DNA of 64,000 nucleotides. Origin: Haliotis rufescens (lineage: Eukaryota). The notes under the pieces were generated by a model, which ran no database searches, was not told the origin of the DNA, and saw only the letters and a program-made list of their open reading frames with translations. The DNA lies in contig NW_025964386.1 of NCBI RefSeq assembly GCF_023055435.1, positions 496,001-560,000 of the forward strand, given 5' to 3'. Both the position numbers and the translations under genes were made by a program. Positions 62,860 through 64,000 of this stretch are shown one piece after another (the stretch's first letter is position 1; each line of letters begins with the position of its first letter).

Positions 62860-63320
62860 TAATATAAGGGTAACGCTATTTTTCAGGGCATCATCATTTG
62901 CAGAAGCCCGAGGTCTTTCATTTACTGCCCAACGAAGGGGGGCTGTTGAAAAGACCGAGGGCTTCTGCAAATGATAATGCCCTGAAAAATAGCGTTACCG
63001 TTATTATAGCTAGAATGGATAGAATTTGTTAGCAAATAAAAAGAAACAACAATATCGGTTTTGAAACATTTAGTGCAATCAACACGAATGTCACTGACCC
63101 ACTTTTACAAATATGGAAACGTCATAGAACACACCTGATGACGTCACTATTGAACGTGACGTCACCTATCCCTATCCCTATGACGTCATCTAACAACGGG
63201 CGTGATAATGGCCCGTCGTCAAGCAATATGAGGGCATTATCAAGTTACAGTGGCCCTCTCATTTCTGATAACAGGCGGGCGGTTTACTGATAATTCTATC
63301 CATTTTAGCTTTTAGTACAT
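62860..63320. mobile_element. Palindromic non-autonomous element
   Basis: 41-bp arms 62869-62909 / 62959-62999 (1 mismatch); second inverted pair 63009-63026 / 63292-63310; several TGACGTCA. Confidence 0.7.
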
Positions 63321-64000
63321 ATATACTGAGGCGTGACAAGGAAGGATGTGAGTTGAGTTAAACTGACTCTGTATCGCAATCAGTTGCTGAAGTCTGAAAA
63401 GCATGTGGATCAGTATCAAGTGTGACATTATCCATGACCTGTAACTCCATACAACAATCAAGACAATTATCCTTTATTTTATTACAATCATGGCAACATC
63501 AATGCTGATCATACTTGTTTGGAATGAGAATATATTTTCTGCATTTAACATCACAAAAGAAATCGCCAATGCCAGTATGACTTTGATCATGACAATATCA
63601 AATTAAGGACCTGCCAAAAGATGTTGAGGCCACCTATGCTTGGGTTTCTGGATGCTTTAGTTAATAGGGCTTCATGAGTGGGTCACTTTAAATCCCCTAC
63701 CGCAGTTGTTTACATACTTATTATCAATTTTTGCTTTTTTAGACAAACTTGTTTTTTGAAAAATGTTTCGGTTTTTTATGCAGAAGAAACAGTAGAAGGG
63801 TCCAAAAGGATGAATTTTGGGGTACATGATGGATGTGGGGTAAGTTTTGAGCACGGTGTTTTGGTTGTTTGGTTAAAGGGCAAGTTCACACGAAAATAAA
63901 CCTAATTTTCTTGTACTTTTTCATCATGAAAAGTATTTACCTAGTAGTTTCAGAGGCAAAACATAAAAATATCACAAGTATCTTATTTATTTTATTCATA

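Overview
Eukaryotic, AT-rich, transposon-dense invertebrate DNA. The SINE and LINE families look molluscan, probably gastropod/abalone-like (inference from recalled repeat families, not a search). It contains one 142-N assembly gap. Only one complete host gene can be built: a minus-strand gene with 4 coding exons (25996-23601, 362 aa; signal peptide + Cys-rich/EGF + unassigned ~227-aa domain). There is also an orphan 188-aa ORF and a Thr/Ser-rich 36-bp array of uncertain coding status. The rest is nested mobile DNA: two RTEX-like LINEs plus a short 3' end of a third; four copies of an RNase H-bearing I-group LINE that repeatedly sit in or next to one ~200-bp repeat; a Nimb-like LINE with a SINE-like head; three Tc1 elements; MULE, Ginger2-like and ISL2EU/Harbinger-like transposase relics; three LTR-retroelement remnants (one with an env-like gene, one miniature); several SINE families; palindromic elements; and satellites. 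The best leads are (i) an env-bearing Ty3/gypsy end encoding a second membrane protein after the env anchor, with a splice donor inside its LTR and a related mini-element, (ii) a non-tRNA, pseudoknot-forming SINE head that is a ribozyme candidate, and (iii) apparent nested target preference among elements. All calls are by eye; no searches were run.
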